This document shows, one piece after another, positions 1 through 11,609 of a DNA stretch of 64,000 nucleotides. The notes below the pieces were generated by a model. The model made no database searches. It saw nothing but the letters and a program-made list of their open reading frames with translations, and was not told the DNA's origin. Each line of letters opens with the position of its first letter. Position 1 is the first letter of the stretch. The position numbers and the translations under genes were made by a program. The stretch is from an uncultured Ruminococcus sp. (GTDB lineage: Bacteria; Bacillota; Clostridia; Oscillospirales; CAG-272): contig CAZUQN010000003.1 of assembly GCA_964622425.1 (NCBI GenBank), positions 1,166 through 65,165 of the forward strand, in the 5' to 3' direction.

Positions 1-795
1 GCAGGCGAGATAGTCGAGATAAGCGCTGACGGTATGACCACTCTTTACGAGGGTACTGATCAGATGAAGATATGCTCCTTCCTCTGGAGCTATTACGGCT
101 ATCCAACCTCAACCTACGAGGGCAAGAACGTTGAGGTAATGCGTTACCGCAACGGAGCGATAATGGCAGAGAATGACGCGGCATGCGGAAAGAATGGCGA
201 GATAGACTACGTCGGCGGTATTCCCGACTCGGGTACCCCCCACGCTATCGGCTACGCAAATAAGAGCGGCATCCCCTTCGCAAGAGCTTTTATCAAGTAC
301 ACGCCCACCTGGGCAAGAAGCTTTACCCCCGCAAAGCAATCCGAGAGAAACCGCATCGCGAAGATGAAGCAGATACCCGTACACGAGCTTATCGAGGACA
401 AGAATCTGCTCTTCGTCGACGACTCGATCGTACGCGGCACACAGATACGCGAGACGGTAGAATTCCTCTATGAAAACGGCGCGAAGGCGGTGCATATGCG
501 CTCTGCCTGCCCACCCATTATGTATAGCTGTAAATACCTCAACTTCTCAAGAGCTACGGGAGATATGGATCTCATAGCGAGAAAGATAATTAACGAGCTC
601 GAGGGTGACGAGGGAAGCAAATACATTCACGAATACAGCGACTTCACAACCGAGCGCGGCAAGAGACTGCGCGAGGAGCTCGGCAAGAGACTCCACTTAA
701 AAACAATAGAATTCCAGACACTTGACGGTATAATCAAAGCGATAGGCCTTGAGCCGTGTAAGCTTTGCACCTACTGTTACACCGGAAAAGAATAA
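1..795 (+). CDS. purF: amidophosphoribosyltransferase, C-terminal part (5' end lies outside the window)
   Basis: Frame 1 is open from base 1. Carries the PRTase motif LLFVDDSIVRGTQ and DSGTPHAIGY. Followed by purM and purN. Confidence 0.8.
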   Translation, partial: AGEIVEISADGMTTLYEGTDQMKICSFLWSYYGYPTSTYEGKNVEVMRYRNGAIMAENDAACGKNGEIDYVGGIPDSGTPHAIGYANKSGIPFARAFIKYTPTWARSFTPAKQSERNRIAKMKQIPVHELIEDKNLLFVDDSIVRGTQIRETVEFLYENGAKAVHMRSACPPIMYSCKYLNFSRATGDMDLIARKIINELEGDEGSKYIHEYSDFTTERGKRLREELGKRLHLKTIEFQTLDGIIKAIGLEPCKLCTYCYTGKE

Positions 796-816
796 TTCGA
801 AAGGACTGTAAAAACT

Positions 817-1860
817 ATGCATTCTAATTCCAAATCCGAGGCTTACGCACAGGCGGGCGTTGATATTACCGCGGGCTATAAGGCCGTTGAGCTTATGAAG
901 GCTCACGTAGCAAAAACCGTTATCTCGAATAAGTCCTCCGACATCGGCGGCTTTGGCGGTCTTTTCGAGCTTGATATAACCGATATGCCCCACCCCGTGC
1001 TCGTTTCCGGCACCGACGGAGTAGGCACAAAGCTTAAGCTCGCCTTCCTTATGGACAAGCACGACACCGTGGGTATCGACTGCGTTGCAATGTGCGTTAA
1101 CGACGTAATCTGCTGCGGCGCGAAGCCCCTCTTCTTCCTTGACTACATCGCATGCGGAAAGAACTATCCCGAGAAGATCGCGGCTATCGTCGGCGGCGTT
1201 GCTGAGGGCTGTGTTCAGTCCGGCTGTGAGCTCATCGGCGGCGAGACCGCTGAGATGCCCGGCTTCTATCCCATCGAGGAATACGACCTTGCAGGCTTCA
1301 CCGTAGGTGCGGTCGACAGATCCAAGGTTATCAACAACAAGCTTATGTGTGAGGGTGACGTGGTAATCGCTATCCCCTCAAGCGGCGTACATTCCAACGG
1401 TTTCTCTCTTGTAAGAAAGGTATTTGACGTTGAGAATTGCGACCTTAAATCTCCCCTCGAGGAGCTCGGCGGCAAGTCGCTCGGCGAGACTCTCCTTACC
1501 CCTACCAAGATCTACGTCAAGCCTATGCTCGCCCTTATGAGCGAGGTCACCGTAAAGGGCGTTTCCCACATCACGGGTGGCGGCTTCTATGAGAATATCC
1601 CGAGAAGCATTCCCGACGGACTCGGCGCTAAGATAGATAAATCCGCGGTAAGAGTGCTCCCCATCTTCAAGCTTATCGAGAAGGTTGGAGGCATCACCGA
1701 AAGAGATATGTTCAACACCTTCAATATGGGTGTCGGTATGAGCGTTGTAGTAGCCAAGGAGGACACTGAGCGTGCTCTTGAGATCCTTAAGGCTAATGGC
1801 GAGGACGCTTACCTCATCGGCGAAATTATCAATTCCGACGAAAAGATCATTCTTGAGTAA
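817..1860 (+). CDS. purM: phosphoribosylformylglycinamidine cyclo-ligase (AIR synthetase)
   Basis: 347 aa. N-terminus [13 protein letters not shown], plus [12 protein letters not shown] and GGETAEMPG motifs. SD-like AAAGGA upstream. Confidence 0.95.
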   Translation: MHSNSKSEAYAQAGVDITAGYKAVELMKAHVAKTVISNKSSDIGGFGGLFELDITDMPHPVLVSGTDGVGTKLKLAFLMDKHDTVGIDCVAMCVNDVICCGAKPLFFLDYIACGKNYPEKIAAIVGGVAEGCVQSGCELIGGETAEMPGFYPIEEYDLAGFTVGAVDRSKVINNKLMCEGDVVIAIPSSGVHSNGFSLVRKVFDVENCDLKSPLEELGGKSLGETLLTPTKIYVKPMLALMSEVTVKGVSHITGGGFYENIPRSIPDGLGAKIDKSAVRVLPIFKLIEKVGGITERDMFNTFNMGVGMSVVVAKEDTERALEILKANGEDAYLIGEIINSDEKIILE

Positions 1861-1884
1861 TACCGTAAAAACGGAGTAAATACT

Positions 1885-2505
1885 ATGGAAAAAATCAAGG
1901 TTGCCGTGCTCGTTTCGGGCGGCGGCACTAACCTCGGCGCTCTTATTGAGGCCGAGAAGAAAGGTATAATCAAAAGCGGCAAGCTTTCCCTCGTTATCTC
2001 AAACAAGGTCGGAGCCTACGCCCTCGAGCGCGCAAAGGCGGCAGATATCGAGGCTCTCACTGTGACAAAGGCGGAGTGCGGCTCTCAGGAGGCGTTTGAG
2101 GATAAACTCATCTCGGAGCTTCAGTCGCGCGGCATCGAGCTTATCGTGCTTGCGGGATTTATGGCTATACTCTCCGAGAAATTCACCCGCACCTTTGACG
2201 GAAGAATCATCAACGTACACCCCTCACTTATTCCTTCCTTCTGCGGTAAAGGCTTCTACGGTCTCAGAGTCCACGAGGCGGCGCTTGAATACGGAGTCAA
2301 GGTGACGGGAGCTACCGTCCACTACGTCAACGAGATCCCCGACGGAGGCAAAATTATTTTGCAAAAGAGCGTTTCCGTAAAGGAAGGTGATACCCCCGAG
2401 GTGCTCCAAAGGCGCGTTATGGAAAAGGCGGAATGGATCATTCTGCCTAAGGCTTGCGAGCTCGTATCCAAGAAACTTCTCTCGGAACGAGTAGGAAAAT
2501 GTTAA
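1885..2505 (+). CDS. purN: phosphoribosylglycinamide formyltransferase
   Basis: 206 aa. VLVSGGGTNL, NVHPSLIPSFCG and TGATVHYV motifs typical of PurN. Confidence 0.9.
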   Translation: MEKIKVAVLVSGGGTNLGALIEAEKKGIIKSGKLSLVISNKVGAYALERAKAADIEALTVTKAECGSQEAFEDKLISELQSRGIELIVLAGFMAILSEKFTRTFDGRIINVHPSLIPSFCGKGFYGLRVHEAALEYGVKVTGATVHYVNEIPDGGKIILQKSVSVKEGDTPEVLQRRVMEKAEWIILPKACELVSKKLLSERVGKC

Positions 2506-2522
2506 TTTAAGATTACAATTAT

Positions 2523-4628
2523 ATGACTAACAGAGAAAAGATTACCGAGAACTTCGGTGTTATGCTTTTTAGCGAGCACGTAATGAAGGAAAGGCTCACT
2601 CCCACCGCATACGAGTCGGTAAGACTCGCCAAGGAGAGAGGCACTCCCCTCTCTCACGAGGTTGCAAAGTGCGTAGCCAAGGCTATGCTTGAGTGGGCGG
2701 TCGAGCACGGAGCAACACATTATACACACTGGTTCCAGCCTATGACGGGCATTACCGCTGAGAAGCACGATGCCTTCATAGAGCCTCACAAGATAACGAA
2801 GGAGCCCATACTCAAGCTGTCAGAAAGATCGCTTGTCAAGGGCGAGGCGGACGCATCGAGCTTCCCCTCGGGAGGTCTCAGAGCCACCTTCGAGGCAAGA
2901 GGCTATACCGCTTGGGACCCTACCTCCTACGCCTTCGTTAAGGACGGAAGTCTGTATATACCCACCGCCTTCTGCTCATACGGCGGAGAGGCGCTTGACA
3001 AAAAGACTCCCCTCCTTCGCTCCATCGACGCACTCAACGTGCAGGCAATGAGAATACTCCGCCTCTTCGGTGACGAGAAGACCAAGAGAGTCATTCCGAC
3101 CGTCGGCGCAGAGCAGGAATACTTCCTTATCGACAAGAGCGTGTATGAAAAAAGAGTCGACCTCATTCATTGCGGCCGCACCCTCTTCGGCGCCCGTCCC
3201 ACCAAGGGTCAGGAGCTCGAGGACCACTACTACGGCTCGATAAAGCCGAGAGTCGCCGCATTTATGAAGGAGCTCGACGCGGAGCTCTGGAAAATGGGTG
3301 TGTATGCCAAGACCAAGCACAACGAGGCCGCACCCGCTCAGCACGAGCTGGCGTGTATATACGAATCGTCAAATGTCGCCACCGACCAGAATCAGATAGT
3401 TATGGACCTTATGAAATCCATAGCGGGCAAGCATGATCTCGTCTGCATTCTGCACGAGAAGCCCTTTGCCTCTGTCAGCGGCAGCGGAAAGCATAACAAC
3501 TGGTCCTTGTCCACCGACTCGGGCGAGAACATTTTTGAGCCGGGCGCTACCCCAAACGATAACGCTCGTTTCCTACTCTTCCTCCTCGCGGTAATATCCG
3601 CCGTGGACAAGCATCAGGACCTGCTCAGAATAAGCATCGCCTCAGCGGGTAACGACCACCGTCTCGGCGCATCAGAGGCTCCCCCCGCCATTGTTTCCAT
3701 CTATCTTGGCGAGGAGCTCGAGGCTATCCTCGACGCTATCGAGCGCGGTGAAAGCTATCACGCGAGCGGCTCCTCAGAGCTCAAGGTCGGTATCTCTACT
3801 CTCCCCACAATACAAAAGGACTCCACCGACAGAAACAGGACGTCCCCCTTTGCATTCACGGGTAATAAATTTGAATTCAGAATGGTTGGCGCGCCGGCAA
3901 ATATCGGCTGTCCCAACTTCATCATAAACACTATCGTTGCAGATGAGCTTCGCGCCTTTGCGGACGAGCTTGAGGGCAAGGACGACTTAAACACCGCGCT
4001 CTCCGAGCTCTTCAGAAAAACGGTAAAGGCTCACAAGAGGATCATTTACAGCGGCAACAGCTATTCCGACGAGTGGCGCCGCGAGGCGGCAAAGCGAGGT
4101 CTTTTGAATCTCGAATCAACGCCCGACGCGCTCTTGCACTATCCCGACAAAAAGAACGTTACGCTCTTTGAGAGTCACAACGTGCTCACCGAGAGCGAGA
4201 TATGCTCCCGCGGAGAAATACTGCTTGAAAACTATGCGAAAACGGTACACATCGAGGCGCTCACCGCCCTTGATATGGCGAGAATGGAAATTCTGCCTAG
4301 CATAGTGAAATATCAGGACTTCCTCCTTGCGGAGATTATGAAAAAGAAGAGCTTCCCCGCCCTTAGCGCAAGGCCCGAGGAGGACCTGCTCTCGCGTATA
4401 AGCTCTCACTTCGACAGCTTCTACTCCGAGCTCTTGCTCCTTGAAGAAAGCCTCGAGAAATACCCAGCATCAGCTCCCGCAAGGGAGAGAGCCTTCTATT
4501 CCAAGGACAAGCTCCTTGCCTCTATGGAGAGGCTCAGAGGCAGCGCTGACAGAATGGAGCTTTTGATAGGAAAAGAGTTCTTACCGTACCCCTCTTACGA
4601 GGATATTCTATACAGTGTCAAATATTAA
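2523..4628 (+). CDS. glnN: type III glutamine synthetase
   Basis: 701 aa, the GSIII size class. The N-terminal block FGVMLFSEHVMKERL...GATHYTHWFQPMTGITAEKHDAFI matches my memory of GSIII N-terminal domains. Also NEAAPAQHE and SGSGKHNNWS motifs. Confidence 0.8.
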   Translation: MTNREKITENFGVMLFSEHVMKERLTPTAYESVRLAKERGTPLSHEVAKCVAKAMLEWAVEHGATHYTHWFQPMTGITAEKHDAFIEPHKITKEPILKLSERSLVKGEADASSFPSGGLRATFEARGYTAWDPTSYAFVKDGSLYIPTAFCSYGGEALDKKTPLLRSIDALNVQAMRILRLFGDEKTKRVIPTVGAEQEYFLIDKSVYEKRVDLIHCGRTLFGARPTKGQELEDHYYGSIKPRVAAFMKELDAELWKMGVYAKTKHNEAAPAQHELACIYESSNVATDQNQIVMDLMKSIAGKHDLVCILHEKPFASVSGSGKHNNWSLSTDSGENIFEPGATPNDNARFLLFLLAVISAVDKHQDLLRISIASAGNDHRLGASEAPPAIVSIYLGEELEAILDAIERGESYHASGSSELKVGISTLPTIQKDSTDRNRTSPFAFTGNKFEFRMVGAPANIGCPNFIINTIVADELRAFADELEGKDDLNTALSELFRKTVKAHKRIIYSGNSYSDEWRREAAKRGLLNLESTPDALLHYPDKKNVTLFESHNVLTESEICSRGEILLENYAKTVHIEALTALDMARMEILPSIVKYQDFLLAEIMKKKSFPALSARPEEDLLSRISSHFDSFYSELLLLEESLEKYPASAPARERAFYSKDKLLASMERLRGSADRMELLIGKEFLPYPSYEDILYSVKY

Positions 4629-4641
4629 GGAGTTTTTGCAA

Positions 4642-5361
4642 ATGAATATTTACAAAATTAACGATATAGGCGAGCTTATTAAGGATAACCCTTATGTAGG
4701 CAGAGGAATTGTTATCGGCAAAACCGAGAACGCAGAGTGTGCTGTGAGCGCATACTTCATTATGGGCAGAAGCAATAATTCAAGAAACCGTGTCTTTGTA
4801 AAGCACGGCGGTGACCTCTTTACCGAGCCCTATGACGCAAGCAAGGTCGAGGATCCCTCCCTCATCATTTACGCGGCGGTAAGAGAGACCGCAGGCGGAC
4901 TTATCGTAACCAACGGCGACCAGACGGATACCGTATGGGAGGGACTTAACAAGGGTCTCTCCTTCTCCGACTCCTTAAAGAGCCGCGAGTTTGAGCCCGA
5001 CGCTCCCAACCTCACTCCCCGTATCAGCGGATACATCACCTTCGGCGAGGGCGACTTCACCTACGAGATGAGCATACTCAAGTCTGCCGACTCCCTCGGC
5101 ACGGCTTGTAACCGCTACACCTTTTCCTATCCCTCCCTCTCCGGTCTCGGCCACTTTATCCACACCTACGTGACCGACGGTAATCCTATCCCCACCTTCC
5201 AGGGTGAGCCCGAGCGCGTCATCATTCCCAACGACATCGACGCCTTCACAAGCAACCTTTGGGAAAATCTCAACGAGGATAACAAGATTTCCCTTTACGT
5301 CAGATACACCAACCTCGCAAACGGCGAGATCACCGAAAGACTTATCAACAAAAACTCCTGA
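4642..5361 (+). CDS. purO: IMP cyclohydrolase, PurO-like (stand-alone)
   Basis: The track ORF begins at a GTG (4615) that overlaps glnN. The ATG at 4642 sits 8 nt after AAGGAG and is preferred. PYVGRGIVIG and FIMGRS motifs of the archaeal-type IMP cyclohydrolase family. Directly precedes an AICARFT-only purH. Confidence 0.7.
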   Translation: MNIYKINDIGELIKDNPYVGRGIVIGKTENAECAVSAYFIMGRSNNSRNRVFVKHGGDLFTEPYDASKVEDPSLIIYAAVRETAGGLIVTNGDQTDTVWEGLNKGLSFSDSLKSREFEPDAPNLTPRISGYITFGEGDFTYEMSILKSADSLGTACNRYTFSYPSLSGLGHFIHTYVTDGNPIPTFQGEPERVIIPNDIDAFTSNLWENLNEDNKISLYVRYTNLANGEITERLINKNS

Positions 5362-5375
5362 AAGGAACATCGACA

Positions 5376-6563
5376 ATGAAAGAATTCGAACTCAAGTACG
5401 GCTGTAACCCCAATCAGAAGCCCTCTAAGATCTATATGCACGACGGCTCCGAGCTCCCTATCGAAATCCTTTCGGGCAGACCCGGATACATCAACTTCCT
5501 CGACGCCTTCAACTCCTGGCAGCTTGTTAAGGAAATAAAGGAAGCGATCGGCATGCCCGCTGCGGCAAGCTTCAAGCACGTATCTCCCACTGCGGCGGCT
5601 ATCGGTAAGCCTCTCTCGGACGCGCTTAAGAAGGCGTGCTTCGTAGACGACATCGAGGGCCTTGACGACTCACCCCTCGCCTGCGCTTACGCAAGAGCGA
5701 GAGGCACTGACAGAATGTCCTCCTTCGGCGACTGGATCGCTCTTTCCGACGAGTGCGACCTCACCACCGCTAAGATCATCAGCCGCGAGGTATCCGACGG
5801 AATAATCGCTCCCTCCTACTCTCCCGAGGCTCTCGAGCTTCTCAAGGCTAAGAGAAAGGGCGCTTACAACATCGTAAAGATCGATCCCGACTTCGTACCC
5901 GCAGAGGTTGAGAGAAAGCAGGTATTCGGCATCACCTTCGAGCAGGGCAGAAACAACTTCAAGATCGACCGCGAGCTTCTCTCCAACGTTGTAACCGCTA
6001 ACAAGGATCTCCCCGACGAGGCAAAGATCGATATGATCATCGCCCTCATAACGCTTAAGTACACTCAGTCAAACTCGGTATGCTTTGCCAAGGACGGTCA
6101 GGCTATCGGCGTTGGCGCAGGTCAGCAGTCGAGAATCCATTGTACCCGTCTTGCAGGCGACAAGGCAGACCTCTGGCACCTCCGCCAGAGCGAGAGAGTC
6201 CTCTCCCTCAAGTTTGCCGACGGCATAGGCAGACCCGACAAGAACAATATAATCGACCTCTATCTCTCCGACAGAGATTCGGACACCGTGCTCGGTGACG
6301 ACGTATGGCAGAACTACTTCTCCGAAAGACCCGAGCCCTTCACAAGAGAGGAAAAGGACGCATATCTTGCAACCATCAAGGGAGTCACCGTAGGCTCTGA
6401 CGCGTTCTTCCCCTTCGCGGACAATATAGACCGTGCGGCAAAGAGCGGCGTGTCCTACATCGCGGAGCCCGGCGGATCTATCCGCGACAATCTCGTTATC
6501 GAGGCGGCGGATAAGTACGGTATGGTAATGTCCTTCACCGGAATGAGACTCTTCCATCATTAA
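5376..6563 (+). CDS. purH: AICAR formyltransferase (PurH lacking the MGS-like cyclohydrolase domain)
   Basis: 395 aa. LKYGCNPNQ start and C-terminal GGSIRD...MRLFHH, typical of the AICARFT domain. Confidence 0.85.
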   Translation: MKEFELKYGCNPNQKPSKIYMHDGSELPIEILSGRPGYINFLDAFNSWQLVKEIKEAIGMPAAASFKHVSPTAAAIGKPLSDALKKACFVDDIEGLDDSPLACAYARARGTDRMSSFGDWIALSDECDLTTAKIISREVSDGIIAPSYSPEALELLKAKRKGAYNIVKIDPDFVPAEVERKQVFGITFEQGRNNFKIDRELLSNVVTANKDLPDEAKIDMIIALITLKYTQSNSVCFAKDGQAIGVGAGQQSRIHCTRLAGDKADLWHLRQSERVLSLKFADGIGRPDKNNIIDLYLSDRDSDTVLGDDVWQNYFSERPEPFTREEKDAYLATIKGVTVGSDAFFPFADNIDRAAKSGVSYIAEPGGSIRDNLVIEAADKYGMVMSFTGMRLFHH

Positions 6564-6580
6564 TTCATAAGGAGCAGCAA

Positions 6581-7849
6581 ATGAAGGTTTTGGTTGTTGG
6601 AGGCGGCGGACGCGAGCACGCTATAATTAAATCGGTAAAGAATAACAAGGACGTAGATGTCATCTACGCTCTGCCCGGCAACGGCGGTATTGCGAGTGAC
6701 GCTATCTGTGTTGATATAGGCGCAAAGGATATTGAGGGCATAGTGGATTTTGCTGTAAGAAACAGCATCGACTACGCAATAGTCGCTCCTGACGATCCTC
6801 TCGTACTCGGAGCTGTCGACGCGCTCGAGGATGTGGGTATTCCCTGCTTCGGCCCCAATAAGGCGGCCGCGATAATCGAGGGAAGCAAGGCGTTCTCAAA
6901 GGAGCTTATGAAAAAGTACGGTATTCCCACCGCGGCGTATGAGACCTTCTCTGACGAGGAAAAGGCTCTTAGCTATCTCGGCACCGTATCCTTCCCCACC
7001 GTAATCAAGGCGGACGGACTCGCACTCGGCAAGGGCGTTATCATCGCAAAGGACAAGGACGAGGCAACCGACGCAGTAAAGTCCATGATGTCGGGCGGAA
7101 TGTTTGGCGAGAGCGGCAAGCGCGTTATCATCGAGGAGTTCCTCGAGGGTCCCGAGGTTTCCGTCCTCGCATTCACCGACGGCAAGTGCGTAGTGCCTAT
7201 GATCTCCTCTATGGATCACAAGAGAGCGCACGACGGTGACGAGGGACTCAACACGGGCGGTATGGGAACGATCGCTCCCAACCCCTACTACACCGACGAA
7301 ATTAAAGAAATCTGTATGAAGGAAATCTTCATACCAACCATAAACGCAATGAAGGCCGAGGGCAGGACCTTCAAGGGCTGTCTCTACTTCGGACTTATGA
7401 TAACAAAGAATGGCCCGAAGGTTATCGAGTATAACTGCCGCTTCGGTGATCCCGAGACTCAAGTAGTGCTTCCCCTTCTTAAGACCGACCTTCTCACCGT
7501 TATGCAGGCGGTAACCGAGGAGAGACTCTCCGAGTGCGAGGTTGAATTTTCGACCGACTCCGCGTGCTGTGTCATTATGGCATCAAAGGGCTACCCCGAG
7601 AAATACGACAAGGGCTTTGAAATAACTATCCCCGACGAGATCAAGGATAACGTATACGTTGCGGGAGCAGCTTTTAAGGACGGTAAGCTTGTCACCTCGG
7701 GCGGACGAGTCCTCGGCGTGACCACTACCCGAGAGCGCCTTGGGGATGCAATCAAGGAATCCTACTCACTCGTTGAAAAAATACATTTTGATAACGCGTT
7801 CTATCGCCACGATATAGGAGCGAGAGCTCTTTTAGCTAAAGGAGAGTAA
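6581..7849 (+). CDS. purD: phosphoribosylamine-glycine ligase
   Basis: 422 aa. MKVLVVGGGGREHAI start, ATP-grasp core, C-terminal AFYRHDIG. Confidence 0.95.
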   Translation: MKVLVVGGGGREHAIIKSVKNNKDVDVIYALPGNGGIASDAICVDIGAKDIEGIVDFAVRNSIDYAIVAPDDPLVLGAVDALEDVGIPCFGPNKAAAIIEGSKAFSKELMKKYGIPTAAYETFSDEEKALSYLGTVSFPTVIKADGLALGKGVIIAKDKDEATDAVKSMMSGGMFGESGKRVIIEEFLEGPEVSVLAFTDGKCVVPMISSMDHKRAHDGDEGLNTGGMGTIAPNPYYTDEIKEICMKEIFIPTINAMKAEGRTFKGCLYFGLMITKNGPKVIEYNCRFGDPETQVVLPLLKTDLLTVMQAVTEERLSECEVEFSTDSACCVIMASKGYPEKYDKGFEITIPDEIKDNVYVAGAAFKDGKLVTSGGRVLGVTTTRERLGDAIKESYSLVEKIHFDNAFYRHDIGARALLAKGE

Positions 7850-7852
7850 ACT

Positions 7853-10800
7853 ATGGTTTACAGAATATACGTACAAAAGAAAACAGAGCTTGCCCACGAG
7901 GCGCACGCACTTTACGGTGAGCTTCACCAGCTCGTAGGAATTAAGGGGCTTGAGGACGTTCGTGTTCTCAACCGCTACGACGTTGAAAACATCGACGGTG
8001 AGCTTTTCAGAAAGACCGTCGGCACAGTTTTCTCCGAGCCTCAGCTCGATATTGTTACCGATGAGCTTGACGCACGCGGCGGCCGTGTCTTTGCGGTCGA
8101 GTATCTGCCCGGTCAGTATGACCAGAGAGCGGATTCCGCGGCGCAGTGCATACAGATAATTTCCTGCGGTGAGCGTCCCACAATACGCACCGCGAAGGTA
8201 TACGTCCTTTACGGAAATATCACCGACGAGGACGTAAATGAGATAAAGAAATACGTTATCAACGCGGTGGAAAGCCGCGAGGCATCGCTTGAGAAGCCCG
8301 AGACTCTGGCTATCGAGTATGCTATCCCCGAAACCGTAGCGACCGTCGAGGGCTTCACCGGCCTTGACGACGATGGAATGAGCGCGCTTCTTGATAAGCT
8401 CGGCCTCGCTATGGATATAGATGATCTCAAATTCCTTCAGAAGTATTTCAGAGATGAAGAAGAGAGAGATCCCACCATCACAGAAATCAGAGTTGTCGAT
8501 ACCTACTGGTCTGACCATTGCCGTCATACCACCTTCTCGACACATATCGACAACGTAAAAATAGAGGATAAGGCAGTTGCCGATGCCTACGAGAGATACC
8601 TTCAGTCAAGAGTCGAGGTCTACGGAGAAGAGAAGGCGGCAGCCCGCCCAAAGACTCTTATGGACATTGCGACTATTGCCGTTAAGGTGCTCAAGAAGAG
8701 AGGCGAGCTCCCCGAGCTTGACGAGAGCGAGGAGATCAACGCCTGCTCCATTCACGTCAGTGCAGACGTCAACGGCAAGGAAGAAGACTTCCTCCTTATG
8801 TTCAAGAACGAGACGCACAATCACCCCACCGAGATCGAGCCCTTCGGCGGCGCGGCAACCTGTATTGGCGGATGCATCCGTGACCCGCTCTCCGGACGCG
8901 CTTACGTTCATCAGGCGATGCGTGTTACCGGTGCGGCAGACCCAAGACGTCCCCTTAAGGAGACTCTCGCGGGAAAGCTTCCCCAGAGAAAGATCTGCCA
9001 GACCGCGGCGGCTGGATATTCCTCCTACGGTAACCAGATAGGTCTTGCGACCGGACACGTTGCTGAGATCTACCACGACGGCTACGTTGCAAAGCGTCTT
9101 GAATGCGGCGCGGTAGTAGCTGCGGCGCCTGCCTACAACGTCCGCAGAGAGCGTCCCGAGGCGGGGGACGTGGTAATTCTTCTCGGCGGAAGAACCGGCC
9201 GTGACGGTATCGGCGGCGCAACCGGCTCATCCAAAACCCATAATATGAAATCCCTCACCACGATGGCATCCGAGGTGCAAAAGGGTAACGCTCCCGAGGA
9301 AAGAAAGATTCAGCGTCTTTTCCGCAACCCCGAGGTAACACGCCTTATCAAGCGCTGTAACGACTTCGGCGCGGGCGGTGTTTCGGTCGCTATCGGCGAG
9401 CTTGCCGACGGTCTTTCCATAAACCTCGACGCAGTTCGTAAGAAGTATGACGGTCTTGACGGCACAGAGCTTGCAATCTCCGAATCTCAGGAGAGAATGG
9501 CGGTTGTCGTTGAAGCTAAGGATAAAGATAAGTTCATCGCCTTCGCAGAGGACGAAAACCTCGAGGCATACGAGGTTGCCACGGTTACCGAGGAAGCGAG
9601 AATGGTAATGAATTGGAAGGGACAAACTATTGCTAACCTTTCAAGAGAATTCCTCAACACCAACGGTGCGAGCAAGCACACCGAGATCACGGTATCAAAG
9701 AAGGATCTCGCGGCATTCTCAAAGGCTCTTTATAAGGACCTCAAGGAAATGGCGTCCGATCTTAAGACCGCGAGCCGCAAGGGACTTGTCGAAAGATTTG
9801 ACGGCTCTATCGGAGCGGGCTCGGTGCTTATGCCCTTCGGCGGTAAGACACAGAGAACTCCCGCGCAGGCAATGGCGGCTCTTATCCCTACCCTCCCCGG
9901 CCAGACTACAAGCACCGCGAGCGTTATGGCGTGGGGCTTTGATCCCGACGTTATGAGCGTTGACACCTATTCGGGTGCTCACGCGGCAGTATATAATTCT
10001 ATCGCAAAGATCGTAGCGGCAGGCGCAAACTACAAGGACGCCTACCTCACCCTTCAGGAGTTCTTCGAGAAGCTGAAGAGCGACCCCTCCCGTTGGGGCA
10101 AGCCCTTCGCGGCGCTCCTCGGTGCTATGGACGCTCAGCTCGAGCTCTCGACTGCCGCAATAGGCGGTAAGGACTCTATGTCAGGTACCTTCCTTGACAA
10201 GGACGTGCCTCCCACACTCATCTCCTTCGCTATCGCCCCCATCAAGGCGGACAAGGTGATCTCCCCCGAATTTAAGGCTCCCTGCCACCCCGTGTATCTG
10301 TTTGCGCCCAAAACCTACGGTGCCGAGAGCACTAAGGCGGCTTGGGAAAGCTTCCATAAATATTGTGAAAGCGGCAACGTAAAGGCGGCTTGGGCTGTTG
10401 AAAACGGCCTTGCCGAGGCTGTAATGAAGATGTCCTTCGGTAACGAGATAGGCTTCAAGGCTATCCCCGGCGCGGTTAAGGACAGCTGGTATAACACGAT
10501 GATGTTCGACTTTATCGTAGCCGAGCTCGACTGTGAGATCAACTGCGAGTACGCGTTGAAGATAGGTGAGACCACCGAGGAAAAGGTTATCGCGCTTGAT
10601 AACGAATCCGCTACCATAGAGGAGCTCGCCGCACTTAACGACGCTACCCTCGAAGGCGTATATCCCACCGTAGCAAAGGCAAAGGAGGGAGACATTCCCA
10701 CCTTCGCATACAATACTAACGACGTTGTCACACCCAAGGTCAAGGTAGCAAGACCTAAGGTGCTTATCCCCGTATTCCCCGGCACCAACTGTGAGTATGA

Positions 10801-11551
10801 TTCCGCACGCGCATTTGAGCGTGCAGGCGCTGAGGCAGAGATCGTAGTAATCAGAAACCTCACATCCGAGGACGTCGCAAGAAGCGTTGACATCGTAGCA
10901 AAGAGGATTGCCGAGTCGAACATAATCTTCATTCCCGGCGGCTTCTCCGGCGGCGACGAGCCCGACGGCTCCGCAAAGTTTATCACCGCCTTCTTCAGAA
11001 ACCCGAAGATAAAGGCAGAGGTAGAAAAGCTCCTTGACGAGCGCGACGGACTTATGCTCGGTATCTGTAACGGCTTCCAGGCTCTTATCAAGCTCGGCCT
11101 TGTTCCCTACGGAAAGATCATCGACACCGATGCATCCTGCCCCACCCTTGCGCATAATATAATCGGACGTCACCAGTCGAAGCTGGTAAGAACAAGAGTA
11201 TGCACCAATAAGTCCCCTTGGCTCGCGGGCACAGACCTTGGCGAGATCTACACGGTTCCGATCTCCCACGGCGAGGGCAGATTCCTTTGTGATGAAGCTC
11301 TGGCTCTTAAGCTCGCAGAAAACGGACAGATCGCGACTCAGTACGTGGATCTTTCGGGCAATCCCTCGATGGATACAGCCTTCAACCCCAACGGCTCGGT
11401 ATTCGCGATAGAGGGCATCACCTCCCCCGACGGACGAGTCCTCGGCAAGATGGGACACAGCGAAAGAGTTGGCAAGGATCTCTACAAGAACGTCATCGGC
11501 GAGTACGAGATGAAGCTCTTCGAATCCGCAGTTAAGTACTTCAATAAATAA
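7853..11551 (+). CDS. purL: phosphoribosylformylglycinamidine synthase, single-chain large form
   Basis: 1232 aa. [19 protein letters not shown] and SESQERM motifs, with a C-terminal GATase (GICNGFQ, HGEGRF). Confidence 0.95.
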   Translation: MVYRIYVQKKTELAHEAHALYGELHQLVGIKGLEDVRVLNRYDVENIDGELFRKTVGTVFSEPQLDIVTDELDARGGRVFAVEYLPGQYDQRADSAAQCIQIISCGERPTIRTAKVYVLYGNITDEDVNEIKKYVINAVESREASLEKPETLAIEYAIPETVATVEGFTGLDDDGMSALLDKLGLAMDIDDLKFLQKYFRDEEERDPTITEIRVVDTYWSDHCRHTTFSTHIDNVKIEDKAVADAYERYLQSRVEVYGEEKAAARPKTLMDIATIAVKVLKKRGELPELDESEEINACSIHVSADVNGKEEDFLLMFKNETHNHPTEIEPFGGAATCIGGCIRDPLSGRAYVHQAMRVTGAADPRRPLKETLAGKLPQRKICQTAAAGYSSYGNQIGLATGHVAEIYHDGYVAKRLECGAVVAAAPAYNVRRERPEAGDVVILLGGRTGRDGIGGATGSSKTHNMKSLTTMASEVQKGNAPEERKIQRLFRNPEVTRLIKRCNDFGAGGVSVAIGELADGLSINLDAVRKKYDGLDGTELAISESQERMAVVVEAKDKDKFIAFAEDENLEAYEVATVTEEARMVMNWKGQTIANLSREFLNTNGASKHTEITVSKKDLAAFSKALYKDLKEMASDLKTASRKGLVERFDGSIGAGSVLMPFGGKTQRTPAQAMAALIPTLPGQTTSTASVMAWGFDPDVMSVDTYSGAHAAVYNSIAKIVAAGANYKDAYLTLQEFFEKLKSDPSRWGKPFAALLGAMDAQLELSTAAIGGKDSMSGTFLDKDVPPTLISFAIAPIKADKVISPEFKAPCHPVYLFAPKTYGAESTKAAWESFHKYCESGNVKAAWAVENGLAEAVMKMSFGNEIGFKAIPGAVKDSWYNTMMFDFIVAELDCEINCEYALKIGETTEEKVIALDNESATIEELAALNDATLEGVYPTVAKAKEGDIPTFAYNTNDVVTPKVKVARPKVLIPVFPGTNCEYDSARAFERAGAEAEIVVIRNLTSEDVARSVDIVAKRIAESNIIFIPGGFSGGDEPDGSAKFITAFFRNPKIKAEVEKLLDERDGLMLGICNGFQALIKLGLVPYGKIIDTDASCPTLAHNIIGRHQSKLVRTRVCTNKSPWLAGTDLGEIYTVPISHGEGRFLCDEALALKLAENGQIATQYVDLSGNPSMDTAFNPNGSVFAIEGITSPDGRVLGKMGHSERVGKDLYKNVIGEYEMKLFESAVKYFNK

Positions 11552-11609
11552 AAATAAAGCTGATAAGGGGCGTAAAAACCTTACACGCCCCCTCTCTAAA
11601 GGAGAAATT

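Noticed and set aside
1-820. A purine riboswitch or T-box leader for the pur operon.
   Set aside because: The window starts inside purF, so the operon leader is not present. None of the internal spacers (12-60 nt) is long enough for a riboswitch.
11552-11609. The hairpin GGGGCGT...ACGCCCC between purL and fhs as a terminator.
   Set aside because: No T-run follows it, and fhs starts 20 nt later with a good SD. It is more likely a neutral or stabilising stem within a continuous transcript.
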